From: Octopus bimaculoides
Lineage: Eukaryota
Direction of reading: 5' to 3'
Assembly: GCF_001194135.2 (NCBI RefSeq)
Contig: NC_068993.1
Location: 1,615,355-1,662,116, forward strand
Length of the DNA stretch: 46,762 nt
The notes under the pieces: generated by a model
The model's database searches: none
The model's input: only the letters and a program-made list of their open reading frames with translations
What the model was told of the DNA's origin: nothing
Made by a program: the position numbers and the translations under genes
Part shown: positions 12,398 to 25,290 of the stretch, one piece after another
Layout: the number at the start of each line of letters is the position of its first letter
Numbering within the stretch: the stretch's first letter is position 1

Positions 12398-12516
12398 GGC
12401 TAATAAATCCATAGCTATGTTCTGTAACACGCTATAGGCCAATAGACCTATAGTTATGTTCTATAGTACACTATAGGCTAACAGAACGATAGTTATGTCG
12501 TTGTTAACACGCTGTC
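12398..12516. repeat. Degenerate 39-bp minisatellite, 3 units
   Basis: ggctaataaatccatagctatgttctgtaacacgctata / ggccaatagacctatagttatgttctatagtacactata / ggctaacagaacgatagttatgtcgttgttaacacgctg. Confidence 0.8.
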
Positions 12517-12757
12517 CCTGTTGTAGAACCTTCTGCATATTATTACACAGTGTACGGTGACATTGTTTATATTAAGTGTAAAACATCAATTTGTTAGAGT
12601 TTGACCCAAGTCACTTGGTCGTTTTCTCTCAGTGTCGATGTGACGGTGTTTACAGTAAACACTGGAACACGATTTCTTCCCTCCCTCCCTCCCTCCCTCT
12701 CTTCCCCTCTCTGTGTGTCACTCTGTCACGGGATTACTAAATGCTAAAGGTCTAAAT

Positions 12758-13119
12758 CAGGGGTTCTCATCCATTTTTTTTTTAATCTATGGACCCCTTT
12801 GATTACTATTTTATTCCAATGGACCCTCAAAGCCATTCGATGTTTAAAAACTAGTTTTATAGAAACTTCTTTCAAAATTCCTATTTTGTTTTTCACACAT
12901 TCACTTGTGTTGGTTCAACAATGTGAAGTGTCAAAGAAAGGAACCTTAGCTGTTTCTTTAAGACATACCAATACGTACATCAAAAGCAACAATTTTTCAG
13001 GGGCTCTTAAAATATTATTGTGGACCCCCAATTCACTATTTTGCTATGTGGACCCCACTAAAATCTTCGATGACCCCACCTCCCACAGGGGCCGTATGGA
13101 CCTTTGTAGGGAACCATTG
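12758..13119. mobile_element. Non-autonomous hAT (Charlie-like) DNA transposon
   Basis: Termini CAGGGGTTCTCA... and ...TAGGGAACCATTG (imperfect TIRs); left 8-bp flank gtctaaat fits the NTCTARAN target preference of hAT-Charlie elements (right flank ggctgaac matches 5/8); repeated subterminal GGACCCC motifs; homologous to 39763-40048. Confidence 0.8.
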
Positions 13120-13795
13120 GGCTGAACCTTTAGCATTTAAACCGACCATATCCAGCCAGAGTAATCTACCTGTTTTATGTTCAAATAAACCAGATCCGGC
13201 CTCTCGTACCTATCGAGCAATGTCAACCACAACATCGAAATTTCAAAACAATATGAGAAAGCATTGATTAATTAAAAAACAATGAGAAGAAATAAGCATC
13301 ACATTTGACAGAGTAATGTTAATGCCAATGGTAAAGGGTTTAGAGCGGAGTTTCTCATAAGAAGGATACCTGCGAACAGGGCCATTGAGGAGGGCGACGG
13401 GTTCAGTCGGTACATCGGTCCAGGCGTCGGAGATCCAGGGAGGTACCCGCGGTGTCTATGCGTTTGCTAGTTAGATCAGACGAAAAATATACCTCCTCCA
13501 ACCCCCTCCTCTTTAATAAGAAGACGACATAGGGTTTGCTACATCTGTATAGTTCTTCTTTCTTCGCCATAGGGTTGGACAAATTTACAAAGATTTAAAA
13601 CCCTCTGAATTTTATTAAACATTGTCACTTGTTAACCTTTTAAAAATCCTCATATCTTTACGGGAACCCCAGAGTTATTCCAGTTGTCTACTCTTCGGTT
13701 TTAGGAATTTTAGTCCTTTTATGATGCCTGTCCATTCAAACGCTAAAATTGCTTACAATATTCCTACACCACCTTCACCAAAGTGTCGAAATCCT

Positions 13796-13870
13796 CCTCC
13801 TCCTCCTCATCATCGTCATCATCATCATCATCATCGTCGTCGTCGTCATCATCATCATCATCATCATCAT
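13796..13870. repeat. (CCT)/(CAT)/(CGT) trinucleotide microsatellite
   Basis: Visible tandem triplets. Confidence 0.9.
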
Positions 13871-14008
13871 CAATGGTTGAATTGGGTGCCAGGTAAGAGC
13901 TAAAATCTGCTGTCATCCAAAGAAACTGCTGCTACTGTTGTTCGTCGATATTGACAAATGTTAATCCAAAAAACTTTATGACTTTAAATGACAGGAGTTA
14001 ATGTGAAA

Positions 14009-14067
14009 GAAGGTGTGAAAAGTGATGCGTTTCGGATAACTTTCCTTCTTCAGAGAAATACACCTTC
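14009..14067 (-). ncRNA. Degenerate minimal type I hammerhead ribozyme motif (Penelope/retrozyme type)
   Basis: Minus strand GAAGGUGU-auuucu-CUGAAGA-A-GGA(aaguua)UCC-GAAAC-GC-AUC-acuuuuc-ACACCUUC: core, 3-bp stem II, 8-bp distal stem I. G16.2 appears changed to A and proximal stem I is poor. Confidence 0.6.
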
Positions 14068-14120
14068 GCACACATAAGCACTCACACACACATACGAGCG
14101 CGCGCGTACACACACACTCA

Positions 14121-14157
<37 letters not shown>

Positions 14158-14811
14158 TTCGCCTTGGCTCCCCCGTTTTATCAGCACAGTATTTTTCTTT
14201 TGTCTCCGAAGAAGGTCAGGTTTGCTAAACCTGGGAAGTTTCTCTCCTCACAATAATTTATTCAGTTATTTATATCTACGAAGCATCGTTTACCATTCCA
14301 ACTTCAAAGCATGTTTATAATGTAGTTTCAATTTACAAATGGATAATAAAGCACAGAACAGCAAACTCAATCATAAAGCATGTCTATGTACAAACTATTT
14401 GCCCTGTATCTACACTCCATGTATACAATATTTACACTGTGCATGCGCTGTATTTATATTGTATGTGTACCGTATGCATCTCGTATTTACACTCTATGTA
14501 CGTTTATTTATGCTGTGTGTACATTATATTTACACTATAAGTACTCTGATTAAAGACAATACTGGTTCCATTTTATTCTTAATTCCTACCATTCAGTCTT
14601 TACTCTGTCTCCTGTACACTTCCTCAGTCTATATCCTCCACATGTCTACACACATCTATATACACTCAATTGTTCTATACCTTCCTCCTGTCTATAATTT
14701 GTAATCTATTATAAATCTCATATCTTAAGTTACACATTTATATAACTTCTCTTTATACATCCGCTCTAAGTTATTCATTCATATACACTCGCTTATCCTA
14801 TTCTCTTGAGA

Positions 14812-14940
14812 GGGAGATTAACAGAATCGTTAAAGTATCGACTAAAATGCTTTGCAGTAATTTTGCCGACTCTTTATGTCCAGAGTTCGAATTATATCGA
14901 ACAGCTTTGTCTCTCATCTACCCGGGGTCGATATAAGCAA
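14812..14940 (+). mobile_element. SINE family A, old degenerate copy
   Basis: cagaatcgttaaagtatcgactaaaatgctttgcagta...gagttcgaatt...ggggtcgata follows the family A motif order. Confidence 0.65.
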
Positions 14941-15119
14941 CTGATCTTCTTACCAAATATTCCTGGCCTCGTATATCTATGTTAAAAGCAATTATATACC
15001 CCACCAAGTTACTCCTTTATACATCCCTATATAACCAAAGCACACCGTGCAATAGAAACATGAAACCGATCCCTATTTGTGAAAATTACACATAAACCTT
15101 AAGGTTACAAGCATAAACC

Positions 15120-15310
15120 TAGTCCACGACTAGCCTTGCACTCTATTATTCAACCCTCAACAGTCAATTAGACTCCCATCCCAGAACTAGACCCTCACCC
15201 TACTACTTGGTCCCTTGCTGACAAGGCTCTGAACTAGTCCATTACGCAGTAACTAGGCTCCTAACCGACAACTAGACCCCCTACTTCAAAACTAGTGCCT
15301 TAGTCCATTA
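15120..15310. repeat. Highly degenerate ~19-20-bp minisatellite (ACTAG-anchored)
   Basis: Recurring actagtcc/actaggct/actagacc/actagtgc at about 19-21-bp spacing in a C-rich stretch. Confidence 0.5.
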
Positions 15311-15599
15311 ACAGACCCCTATCCCACAAGTAGTTCTCTATCCTTTACCTAGAATCATTCTCTAACTCATAAACCTCGACAATGCTCCTAACTCAGTTCC
15401 CTACAACATTGACATTCGACATTACAACTCAATCCCTATTCTCGTAGATCCCTCTCTAATTACTGATACCCGACAATTAATCTCTTACCCTGCAGCTAAA
15501 ACCACTTTTGAGAAATCCGTATAAGTCCCTTTATATACTTCTAAACGGTCAGTTAAATTCAAAGATGATCACCAGAGACTAAGGTCTGGAGAGGCAGTG

Positions 15600-15787
15600 C
15601 TGGTTGGTCAGTATCAAAGTTTGGAATGGTCAGCATCAACAACTGATCAGTCAGCATGGAAGATCTGACCGGTCACTATGGAAGATCTGACTGGTCAACA
15701 TGGAATGCTGGACAGGTTACCCTGAAAGCCCGACTACTTTGCCATGAGTGGCAGGACTGGTCAGTATAGAAGACCAAATTGGTCAAC
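15600..15787. repeat. Degenerate ~22-bp minisatellite (ggtcagcatggaagatctgact)
   Basis: agtcagcatggaagatctgacc / ggtcactatggaagatctgact / ggtcaacatggaatgctggaca plus further decayed units. Confidence 0.65.
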
Positions 15788-15955
15788 AGGAGTGGCTGTG
15801 TGGTCAGTAGCTTGATTACCAACCACATGGTTCCGGGTTCAGTTCCCCTGCGCGGCACCCTGGGCAAGTGTCTTCTACTATAGACTCAAGCCGACCAAAA
15901 CCTTGTGAGTGGATTTGGTAGACGGAAACTGAAAGAAGACCGTCGTATATATACT
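15788..15955 (+). mobile_element. SINE family B, 5' half with tRNA-like head
   Basis: aggagtggctgtgtggtcagtagcttgattaccaaccacatggttccgggttcagttcc (A/B-box-like) then ggcaccctgggcaagtgtcttctactatag...gagtggatttggtagacggaaactgaaagaag. Confidence 0.9.
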
Positions 15956-16345
15956 ACCCACATTTTATTATTTCTGTTGAATGTATCGGTAACTGTTGTT
16001 CGGAGTACACAGCAGCAACAGCAACAACAACGACAACAACAATAACAAAATTTTCCTGAAAACCAAAACCAAAACCAAAAGATAACCAAGAGAAGGGCAA
16101 GATGCTAGCCCCAGCTGGAATGGTTTTTCATGAAAGACTTTCTTAATCAGAAATAACTTAAGGTTAAACAACAACAACAACATCGTTTACAGCAACGATT
16201 TATATACAACACACTGCTATTGTATAACTCACACTACCATTATACACACCCTTACATTTTCTTATTATACACTTTGACACTTAATTATTATACACACCCA
16301 TCACGGTATAAATATAAACACGTGTTACTCTGTTTAGTTACACAG

Positions 16346-16377
<32 letters not shown>

Positions 16378-16673
16378 TGTATGTATGAAAGCATGTACGT
16401 ATGTATGCATGTATGTATGTATGTAGGGGGTGTATATGTATGTACATATATAAATGCATATATACATACACACACATACACACATACATCATATTCGTAC
16501 ATCAGTAAACACATATACTGGAACAGACACCCCCTCCCCCATATATATTTATCAATAAAAATACAAGTAAACAACTTCATTAATATTGAAATAGATTCAC
16601 CTTTTCCGTACATTTTCACAATGCAATTGTACAAAAACTGTTACAACTGTTTGTTTGTTTGTGTGTTTGTGTG

Positions 16674-16746
<73 letters not shown>

Positions 16747-17683
16747 TGTTTGTGTGTGTGTGTTTGTGTGNNNNNNNNNNNNNNNNNNNNNNNNNNNNNN
16801 NNNNNNNNNNNNNNNNNNNNNNNNNNNNNNNNNNNNNNNNNNNNNNNNNNNNNNNNNNNNNNNNNNNNNNNNNNNNNNNNNNNNNNNNNNNNNNNNNNNN
16901 NNNNNNNNNNNNNNNNNNNNNNNNNNNNNNNNNNNNNNNNNNNNNNNNNNNNNNNNNNNNNNNNNNNNNNNNNNNNNNNNNNNNNNNNNNNNNNNNNNNN
17001 NNNNNNNNNNNNNNNNNNNNNNNNNNNNNNNNNNNNNNNNNNNNNNNNNNNNNNNNNNNNNNNNNNNNNNNNNNNNNNNNNNNNNNNNNNNNNNNNNNNN
17101 NNNNNNNNNNNNNNNNNNNNNNNNNNNNNNNNNNNNNNNNNNNNNNNNNNNNNNNNNNNNNNNNNNNNNNNNNNNNNNNNNNNNNNNNNNNNNNNNNNNN
17201 NNNNNNNNNNNNNNNNNNNNNNNNNNNNNNNNNNNNNNNNNNNNNNNNNNNNNNNNNNNNNNNNNNNNNNNNNNNNNNNNNNNNNNNNNNNNNNNNNNNN
17301 NNNNNNNNNNNNNNNNNNNNNNNNNNNNNNNNNNNNNNNNNNNNNNNNNNNNNNNNNNNNNNNNNNNNNNNNNNNNNNNNNNNNNNNNNNNNNNNNNNNN
17401 NNNNNNNNNNNNNNNNNNNNNNNNNNNNNNNNNNNNNNNNNNNNNNNNNNNNNNNNNNNNNNNNNNNNNNNNNNNNNNNNNNNNNNNNNNNNNNNNNNNN
17501 NNNNNNNNNNNNNNNNNNNNNNNNNNNNNNNNNNNNNNNNNNNNNNNNNNNNNNNNNNNNNNNNNNNNNNNNNNNNNNNNNNNNNNNNNNNNNNNNNNNN
17601 NNNNNNNNNNNNNNNNNNNNNNNNNNNNNNNNNNNNNNNNNNNNNNNNNNNNNNNNNNNNNNNNNNNNNNNNNNNNNNNNNNN

Positions 17684-17729
<46 letters not shown>

Positions 17730-19044
17730 CAAAGTTAACGAAGTGAATAACAGCACAGAAAAAAAAGAACGAAGCGTGATTATTGGGTTGTCTTTTGGTG
17801 AGAAATTAAGGGAAGTGGTTGGGTGTGTGTGCGAGTTTGTGTGCCGTTGACGTTTTGCGTGTAAGATCCTCTTCAGGAAGTTCGGCAGTTATACAGAAAT
17901 AAGAGAATGGAGAAAGGAAGGAAAAGCATAACGGGGAAATTGTTGCAAGTGACACAAATAGAGTGACCGGAAGTGACAAAGAAGGAAAGAGGTTTCATGC
18001 TTGTATACATACATACATACATACATACATATATGTATATAAACGCGTCTGTGTATCCGTTATTAATAGTAAGAAGCGAAAGGAAAGTACCCAATATCGT
18101 TTATGGTTTGGTTAAAAGCTAATACAAGTAGCACATTCCATTTCTGTAGTCTACATTATGTGTTATAAACTCTTTAAGCAGATCAATAGAACTTGATCTG
18201 AATACTTTGCCCACTTGAAATATAATTGGACTCTCTAATATACTTGGAAGTTTTGCATGGAGTTATGTTTCCTCCCCACCTCTCTTGGTTAATTGAGAGA
18301 AAGCTTATTTAATGACTTAGCAATGCTCTCAGAATTATAATGATGTCCATGTTGTTGAAGTCAACTGAGAAGGAGTCTGTATAGTTTAGAGCTTTGTCTT
18401 CGTACTGTTGTTTGTGAAGGTTGTAATTGTATGTCGCCCTCTGCTCCCACTCGCTAGAACACCGATCCTCTGAAATATCCTCCCGGCTTAAGGTTTTCTT
18501 GTAGGTGTGAATATGCGCTGACATGAAACTCTTCTCCCTCGGTGGGCCTGTAAAGGTCCTGCGCAATGTCCCTTCTTCTAGGCAAAAAAAACAAAAAAAC
18601 CCAGAAGACAAAGCCTCTCTTCAAAGTCTGTTCTGTAAAGCTGGCTCCACGTTGTTCATGGATTAGAGACGAGACTGCAAAATATACATTCGATGTGGTT
18701 TCTGTCTAAGCTTTTAAAAAAATTGTTATATTTTGTGATTTGTACGTCTACCTGGTTAAATGATGGGGAAATCTGTGAATGTAGAAGAAAGCTTGCATGG
18801 GGATTAACTTACTGAATGGTCCCAGTTTGCTAATCACTTGGTTTGGGATCTCAACTTTTGGGCGATCGCAAAGGCATCGTCATGATAAGCAGCGTATTTT
18901 GAGGTTTCTTTTTATACCTTTCGGAATCCATCGCTCTCCAGGCCTGTCCACAGTTGATTTCTTTCAGAAATAGAGACAAATAGACAAATAGACAAACTGA
19001 CAAAAGAAAGGAAGTGAGGAATGAAACCAGAACAGGACGGTTGT

Positions 19045-19106
19045 TTCTTTTTTATCGACCTCGAAATGCTGGAAGTCAAAGTAGACCTCGACCTGATTTG
19101 AACTTG
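19045..19106 (-). mobile_element. SINE family A fragment
   Basis: tttttatcgacctcgaaatgctggaagtcaaagtagacctcgacctgatttgaac resembles the reverse of the family A core. Confidence 0.6.
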
Positions 19107-20424
19107 GGGCATATACACCCGGTACAATTACCACAAAGCAAATCGATCCGACTTCCTAATGACTCGGCCAATTCGGTAATGAACTTTACAGGAATCTGTT
19201 ATAAATCTTGGAAATATCGCATCACCTTAAGTCTATCCTGTAACTACCCTAAACTTATGAACTGCGAGTAAATCTACAAATTATGGATTAGAAGGGATCA
19301 CGATAATCCCACCAACACGATAGCTGTCTTCCCTCCGGTTCAACTTTCTTCCATCCATTGATTCAGTAAGCAACTGTGTAGAATTAATAATTTATTACTT
19401 ATAGTTTTTCCTGTATTATTAACAGTGTTTTCGTGCCAAAATTTGCGTAAAACTTTGTTGTCGTATTTAGGACGAGGCTATCCCCTTTCAAACTTGATCT
19501 TCCGAGAGTGATTTCCATTGCCTTAAATATAGACTACTCTCATTGTTATGTCTGTGATATTGCGAGATCAATGCGGGGTTTGTGCTGTTGTCTGATAACA
19601 TGCCATGGCTTTTTTTTGTGAGCTTCATTCAAACATGGCTGCCTGAAAACTTGTCAGGGTTTTCACAAAAGGAGTCTATTGGCATTTGCCAGTAATGGTT
19701 CCAGTCGACCTAATTAAGTCTGTCTGTTCGTCTGTTTCTCTATATGTATGTACGTGTATGCTTGCATATATATTATGTATGTGAGTGTATGCACATACAT
19801 ACATACATATATGTGTGTATCTGATATAAATATAGGTACATGTATATGCATATAAACATATATATATATATATANNNNNNNNNNNNNNNNNNNNNNNNNN
19901 NNNNNNNNNNNNNNNNNNNNNNNNNNNNNNNNNNNNNNNNNNNNNNNNNNNNNNNNNNNNNNNNNNNNNNNNNNNNNNNNNNNNNNNNNNNNNNNNNNNN
20001 NNNNNNNNNNNNNNNNNNNNNNNNNNNNNNNNNNNNNNNNNNNNNNNNNNNNNNNNNNNNNNNNNNNNNNNNNNNNNNNNNNNNNNNNNNNNNNNNNNNN
20101 NNNNNNNNNNNNATATATATATGCATATATATGTATGTATATATATATATGCATATAGAAATATCTATCTATATGTCGTACACAGACGCACACACAGACA
20201 CACATACACACATATATATATATTTATATACGTTTACTATGTGCGAAGGTTTGGGTGTGTGTGTGTGCAATCGTGTGAAACCAAACTCTTTTTACGTTGG
20301 CCAAATGACAAAAGATTATTTGTGCTGAGGGAAGAAATTATCATTAATATATTATGACTATAATCAAGTTAGAATTTATTATGATTATTACTATGATTAC
20401 TATTATTGTTGTTGTTGAATAAGT

Positions 20425-20665
20425 GCATGCCATCAAAGTGACGCTGGGGTACAAATGTATGAAACCCGATATACCCATCATGACCACCCGCCTGATAAGG
20501 GTACACCAGGCACGTGCATCACAACCATATGTGCGGGACATGGTGATCTCATATCAAGATAAACAGCACATCACCTTGCAGGTGGGGCCCAGTTAGAATT
20601 TTCTTCAGCTCGAGTAGCCCATCCACTCAAAAGGTCCCTGAATAAAAGTTGCTTAAGGATGATGA
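20425..20665. mobile_element. Probable interspersed-repeat fragment (class uncertain) adjoining the LINE fragment
   Basis: GC-richer block that I recognise as resembling a common octopus repeat; no second copy in this window, so unverified. Confidence 0.4.
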
Positions 20666-20667
20666 AC

Positions 20668-21025
20668 GACACATGCTTCGATGCGAATTTTGGAGTTGAG
20701 TTCAGCTTTTAGCATGAGCCTTACTCTCCTATAATACTCCTGCCTTATTTTTTCCTTCATAGTATCTATCATGTTGCATACCCTCTCCTTCGTTTATCCC
20801 CAGGTACTTATAACTTTCTTGTGGGTCAAGCTCCTTGGCGGTAGTGTCGGTATCTAATTGAATGGAAGCTGTTTTCCTGAGCTTTCCTCTCACAAAAATT
20901 GCTTTAGCACACTTACCAAGACCAAAATCCATCCGGGTGTCATTGCTGTACTCTTTAACAGTTGTTAACAGCCCTACTAGCTCTTCGTCATTTCTAGCAA
21001 ACAGTTTCAGATCGTCCATAAGAGA
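20668..21025 (-). mobile_element. R4/Dong-like non-LTR retrotransposon fragment: RT catalytic motif and thumb region, frameshifted
   Basis: LMDDLKLFARNDEELVGLLTTVKEYSNDTRMDFGLGKCAKAIFVRGKL...ELDPQESYKYLGINEGEGMQH, then a frameshift near 20765 to MKEKIRQEYYRRVRLMLKAELNSKIRIEA. The (Y)MDDLKL / FGLxKC / YKYLG / MKEKIxxEYxxR pattern is typical of R4/Dong-clade RTs. Confidence 0.85.
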
Positions 21026-21835
21026 GAGAAGTGCTTCCTCCCAGTGACTTTCTGAAAAGGTAGGCAAATGTGACAAAACCAGTTAAAGTAATGGGACTTA
21101 CTCTAAATATACACCTATAGATTGGAGGGTAACATTTGGGAGAGGGTTCGTGCCTTTGGTGGTCAGTGTTATCCTGGGTCTGTGGCGTTCCTTGATTGGT
21201 CCTAGTTGGAGTTCCTCCTATACCAAGAGGACTGCATCTTTCATGTTATCACATAGTTTCTAGACTATGTATACTTTCATCGCTTTTCTCCACCATCCCT
21301 ATTTCCTTCTTGTCATCTTTTTATGCAAATCCTCTCGCAAATTGTAGACTGCCCTTCTAATGGGCTCCTCATCTATGCCCCTGTAGCTAATAAAAGAAAT
21401 CATCATCCTCTATCCTCCCCATCTTTATTGCCTGGGCGTGGTATTCGCTGTTCAATCGGAGAAGGCTCTGACCTGGTTCTTCTCTCACTTCTCACATGAA
21501 CGTGGATGGTGTGTGATGTGTGATGTGTTTGATGTGAGTGTGTTTGTGGCTGTGGGTGCAGATGTGTGTGTGTGTGTGGTGTTCGTACGTGCATATATAC
21601 GCTGTATGGTGTATGTGTGTAGATATGTATGTAGATCCTCTAGAGATAAATAAATGATGAAAAAGGAAACACCTGGTTTACGAGACAAAACTACACTGGC
21701 TTTCTACTACGTTATATACCACAACACTTCACGCCACCTCAATATATATAGCACTCCAGTATAGGAAATCATTATATATACATTTACTACAACATACACA
21801 CTGCCCACCACACTATCACAGTGTACGCACACACG

Positions 21836-21912
<77 letters not shown>

Positions 21913-22597
21913 NNNNNNNNNNNNNNNNNNNNNNNNNNNNNNNNNNNNNNNNNNNNNNNNNNNNNNNNNNNNNNNNNNNNNNNNNNNNNNNNNNNNNNNN
22001 NNNNNNNNNNNNNNNNNNNNNNNNNNNNNNNNNNNNNNNNNNNNNNNNNNNNNNNNNNNNNNNNNNNNNNNNNNNNNNNNNNNNNNNNNNNNNNNNNNNN
22101 NNNNNNNNNNNNNNNNNNNNNNNNNNNNNNNNNNNNNNNNNNNNNNNNNNNNNNNNNNNNNNNNNNNNNNNNNNNNNNNNNNNNNNNNNNNNNNNNNNNN
22201 NNNNNNNNNNNNNNNNNNNNNNNNNNNNNNNNNNNNNNNNCACACACACACACACACACATACAAGGACACAAACGCATGCCCACATAAATATACACACC
22301 TTAGAAGGACAGAATAGAGTAAGCGGAGCAAGAACACACACAAAAACAAAAAGTGTTGGTGAAGAGGTCACAGATGTGTGACGAAAGATTTCTGGACAAT
22401 GGTCATCTGTTAGAATAATAATATAAGAAGAGTATTAAACGAGTGAAGAAAAAATAATATATAGTGCGTGGGTTTATTTGACAAAACAAAAACAAAATGA
22501 CCATCCCGAAATACAACAATATATATATGTATATGTGTGTGTGTGTGTATTTATGTATGTGTATACATACACCTACACACGCACACACATACATCAA

Positions 22598-22655
<58 letters not shown>

Positions 22656-23045
22656 CGCTATTGCTGCATCCCCGTTCCCCCCACCATTCCATTCAGCTGA
22701 TACAAATATTTCCCCTTCTAAATTAGTTCCATTGCCAAACAGACAGGGAAACCCCAATACCATGTTTGATCATCTGCCAGCATTGATTACACTCATTCCC
22801 CTCCTCTTCCTCCCCTCCCCTCTCCCCTCTCCTCTTCCTCCTCCTCCTCCTCCTCATCATCATCACCACACTACCACGACGACGACCACGAAGACGACCA
22901 CCACCCCACGCTTTTAAATAAGCTGTTTATTCATCGAATAATTGTGTAAGTGGCTGAATACACCCCATACAAGAATACCTATCTTTAATATATAATAATA
23001 ATAATAATATTAATAGCAACAGCAATATTTTTAGTGAGAATAATA

Positions 23046-23212
23046 ATTGCTTCCAATTTTGGTTGAAGGGCAGCAATTTTATGAGGGTGGGTGGGAGCTA
23101 GTCGATTGCATCGACCTCGGTGCTCGACGGGTGCTTTATTTCATCGACTCCAACAGTATGAACGGCAAAGTCGATCTTGGAGGTATTTGAATTCAGAACG
23201 TAAAATACCGCG
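23046..23212 (-). mobile_element. SINE family A, diverged copy
   Basis: tagtcgattgcatcgacc...tttatttcatcgac...ggcaaagtcgatcttggaggtatttgaattcagaacgtaaa. Confidence 0.8.
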
Positions 23213-24309
23213 AGAAATGTCCCCTATCTATTTCTTTCTTTGGCTGTGTGAATAGATCTTTCCCGACTTTTCTCTAAACACGCAGCAGAACGATTCGTTA
23301 AGGCCATAGGACTCACCTGAACTACTGAATAAGTTCATCATAATTTAAACACCAACAAGAAAAAAACAAAACCAACAACTCCCCCCACCTCACAAAAAAT
23401 AAATGACAGGTCAACAGAGAAGCCTCCACGCGCTGTGTCCGACCAGTTGGGAGGAGTTATGACAAATCAAACTTTGTATGAAAAAAAAGGTAAGACCTAT
23501 TGGCGATGCAGTCTTGGATACATGTCTGAAAAAGAAAGAAGCTGCTACACTCACATGAGAGCGCCTTCGATCATTGAAGATCTAGTCAAGGTTGACCTGG
23601 GGTTAAACAACAACAACAATAAAGAGCAACAAGAACAGCAGTAACAACAACAAAATCAACAAAAATGTGAAGATACTTTTGGTGAATTGAGTGTGAAATT
23701 GCTAGTTTTTCGCTCAACGTCGACATCTGATAGCAGCGAATATTTAAATGGGCCACTGTCGAGAAGTGATATCGCAAGAGGAAATCCTAGATAAGAATTT
23801 AGATATTTCTTTAAACAAACAGTATCAGCATCTTTTAATGAATATGAATCCCCTTTTGAGGGTCCTCCGGCAAGTAACCATCGAACTATTTATAGCTTTT
23901 ACTAAACACTCCAATACTAATATAATGAAACATGAGACGCCATTGAAAATTACATCCGCGAAGAGACTGAATAAACTTGGCAATGGGTATGTGTATGTGT
24001 ATAAGGGTGTATGTGTGTGTGTGAGTATGTGTATTGTGTGTATCAATGAAAGTGTTTGAGAGTGCATGAGTGTGTGCGTGTATCTGTGTAAGTGTTTGTG
24101 TGTGTACGAGTGTGCATGTGTATATGTAGGTGTGTGTGTGTTTGTGTGCTTATGAATGTGCATATATGTATGTATATACGCATCTATCTATCTATCTATA
24201 ATATGTGGAGTTCCATATATATATATATATATACACACACGCATTCACACGTGCACCTACAAACGCACACTGGCACCACAAAGAACATCATCTTGTGTCG
24301 CCTTCGAGC

Positions 24310-24500
24310 AATCTTAGTTGTGATCGATCAGACATATCTTCGATTATAGATATTCCAGCCATGACCATCCCTTTTAGAGACATATATGACTAGATTATCT
24401 GTTCTTTTCTCATTTAAGGCACTAGTGTATGATTTGAGGGAGTATTGGTTACTATTTATAGCAGGTCGAGCAACTACATAGAGGTTCCGTTGTTAGTAGA
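24310..24500 (+). mobile_element. Short dispersed repeat family D (class unknown)
   Basis: Conserved blocks ...ttccagccatgaccatccc... and ...tttatagcaggtcgagcaactacatagaggttcc recur at 29370, 32875, 33460, 33615 and (reverse) about 2005. Confidence 0.65.
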
Positions 24501-25252
24501 TGAATAGTATTTGTTGAATTACCAGGCGATAATCCATAGTGGATTCTCTGCGGGTGTAATCCTACCCGAAATAAAATGTATCTGGCTTCTGCTAAATGCT
24601 GTTGAATCTAGATCTAAATACCGACATTACGAATCTCTTCGGAGGTCATAGATCAGACTGTTACATTAATATTTGCTCTCAAGAACCAAATATCCGTTTT
24701 ACATATTCCTCACGAGATTATTCCAACGTGTTTAAGGAAACAAACGAATGAGATTTTTATGTCTTCATATGATTGAGTTTGTCCTCATAATCTCTCTGTG
24801 AACAAGAATTCCTTGCGGATGTAAATAAAATAATTAAAAACGTAAACAACAGCAACAAGTAGGATTTGAGATTTGCTCACACTCCGGGACTGGCCACAGG
24901 GACATGTTGAACACATTTTAAAAACAAACATTCTGACATTAAAAAAAATTCACTTTCATTAGTAGATCCAAAACAAAGAATTCTTTGGTCCTTTTCTTGG
25001 TAATGTCTCCCTTTTTCGATTAAGGGTGAACGCTAATGTGTTTATTTAGTAGCAGTTCTTAGAATATTCCTTCGTGATTTCGGGTGTCCAATCTCAAAGA
25101 ATGGAATGTACACTTTTACTGTTTCCATGACAACATGTTTATTTGAAATTGTTGGAATTTGGTGATATTAAATATCAATGAGACGAAAGACAGACGTTTG
25201 TGTTCCACCAGCGATTTCTCTCATCAGCACGGCACACCCTACCCTCTCTACT

Positions 25253-25290
<38 letters not shown>

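Noticed and set aside
14206-14240. ccgaagaaggt followed by a perfect 7-bp hairpin caggttt/aaacctg (hammerhead-like 5' half)
   Set aside because: U4 is changed, and there is no CGAAA, stem III or stem I.
18309-18611. 100-aa minus ORF in unique sequence
   Set aside because: No recognisable family, donor site or supporting neighbours.
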